Positions 62,978-64,000 of a DNA stretch of 64,000 bases are shown here, in pieces. The translations under genes were made by a program, and so were the position numbers. The stretch covers positions 23,994,001 through 24,058,000 of the forward strand of contig CM126225.1 of NCBI GenBank assembly GCA_052327205.1. Direction: 5' to 3'. This DNA is from Somniosus microcephalus. Taxonomy: Eukaryota. The stretch's first letter is position 1. Every line of letters begins with the position of its first letter. The notes under the pieces were generated by a model. It was not told where the DNA came from. It did no database searches and saw only the letters and a program-made list of their open reading frames with translations.

Positions 62978-64000
62978 AGAATCATAGAAATTTACGGCAC
63001 AGAAGGAGACCATTCGGCCCATCGTGTCTGTGCCGGCCGACAAAGAGCTCTCCAGCCTAATCCCACTTTCCAGCAGTTGGTCTGTAGCCCTGTAGGTTAC
63101 GGCACTTTAAGTGTATATCCAATTATTTTTAAATGCGATAAGGGTTTCTGCCTCTACCACCCTTTCAGGCAGTGAGTTCCAGACCCCCACCTCCCTCTGG
63201 GTGAAAAAAGTTCTCCTCAACTCCCCTCGAATCCTTCTACCAATTACTTTAAATCTATGCCCCCTGGTTATTGACCTCTCTGCTAAGGGAAATAGGTCCT
63301 TCCTATCCACTCTATCTAGGCCCCTCATTATTTTATACACCTCAATCAAGTCTCCCCTCAGCCTCCTCTGTTCAAAGGAAAACAACCCCAGCCTATCCAA
63401 TCTTTCCTCATAGCTAAGATTCTCTACTCCCGGCAACATCCTTGTAAATCTCCTCTGTACCCTCTCTAGTGCAGTCATATCTTTCCTGTAATGTGGTGAC
63501 CAGAACTGTACAAGAAGAAGAAGACGACACAGTACTCTAACTGTGGCCTAACTAGTGTTTTATACAGTTCAAGCATAACCTCCGCGCTCTTATATTCTAT
63601 GCCTCAGCTAATAAAGGAAAGTATCCAATTTGCCCTCTGAACCACCTTATCTACCTATCCTGCTACCTTCAGGGATCTGTGGACATGTACTCCAAGGTCC
63701 CTCTGTTCCTCTACACCTCTCAGTATCCTACCATTTATTGTGTATTCCCTTGCCTTGTTACCCCTCCCCAAATGCATTAACACACACTTCTCCGGATTGA
63801 ATTCCATTTGCCACTTTTCTGTCCACCTGACCAGTCCATTGATATCTTCCTCCAGTCTGCAGCTTTCTTCCTCACTATCAACCACACAGCCAATTTTTGT
63901 ATTATCTGCAAACTTCTTAATCACGCCCCTTACATTGAAGTTTAAATCATTGATATATACCACAAAAAGCAGGGGACCTAGTACTGAGCCCTGCGGAACC
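62978..64000 (-). mobile_element. CR1 LINE 3' part (RT C-terminus), continues beyond window
   Basis: PQGSVLGP at the window edge, YINDL, KFADNTK, WQMEFN, LSYEERLDRLGLFS, RGDLIEVYK; tail at ~62978. Confidence 0.9.

Overview
Vertebrate nuclear DNA, very probably an elasmobranch (shark) genome: it carries HE1-type and SacSINE1-type SINEs, abundant CR1/L2/RTE/Rex1/Penelope debris and Harbinger/Tc1-like MITEs. The one host gene I can identify is the 3' end of PPP1R9B (spinophilin/neurabin-2) on the minus strand, with coding exons at 59935-60164, 51845-51941 and 44778-44831. Four extra candidate exons (57411, 38744, 31605, 19118) all have the splice phase needed to give alternative C-termini. The most unusual object is at 1-4445 (minus strand), an LTR retroelement. 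It has a 1141-bp LTR and a tRNA-Arg(TCG) primer-binding site. Its Gag has an N-terminal transmembrane-like helix, a coiled coil, an MHR and a CCHC knuckle, and ends in a CAA-TGA-CTG read-through context. Instead of pol there is a reconstructable ORF of about 415 codons built on an in-frame 'AGAVA' repeat (NRF1-like at DNA level), followed by a splice acceptor and a third ORF that runs off the window. A minimal Penelope hammerhead ribozyme and several perfect hairpins were also seen. Everything was read by eye; no database searches were run and repeat boundaries are approximate unless TSDs are given.
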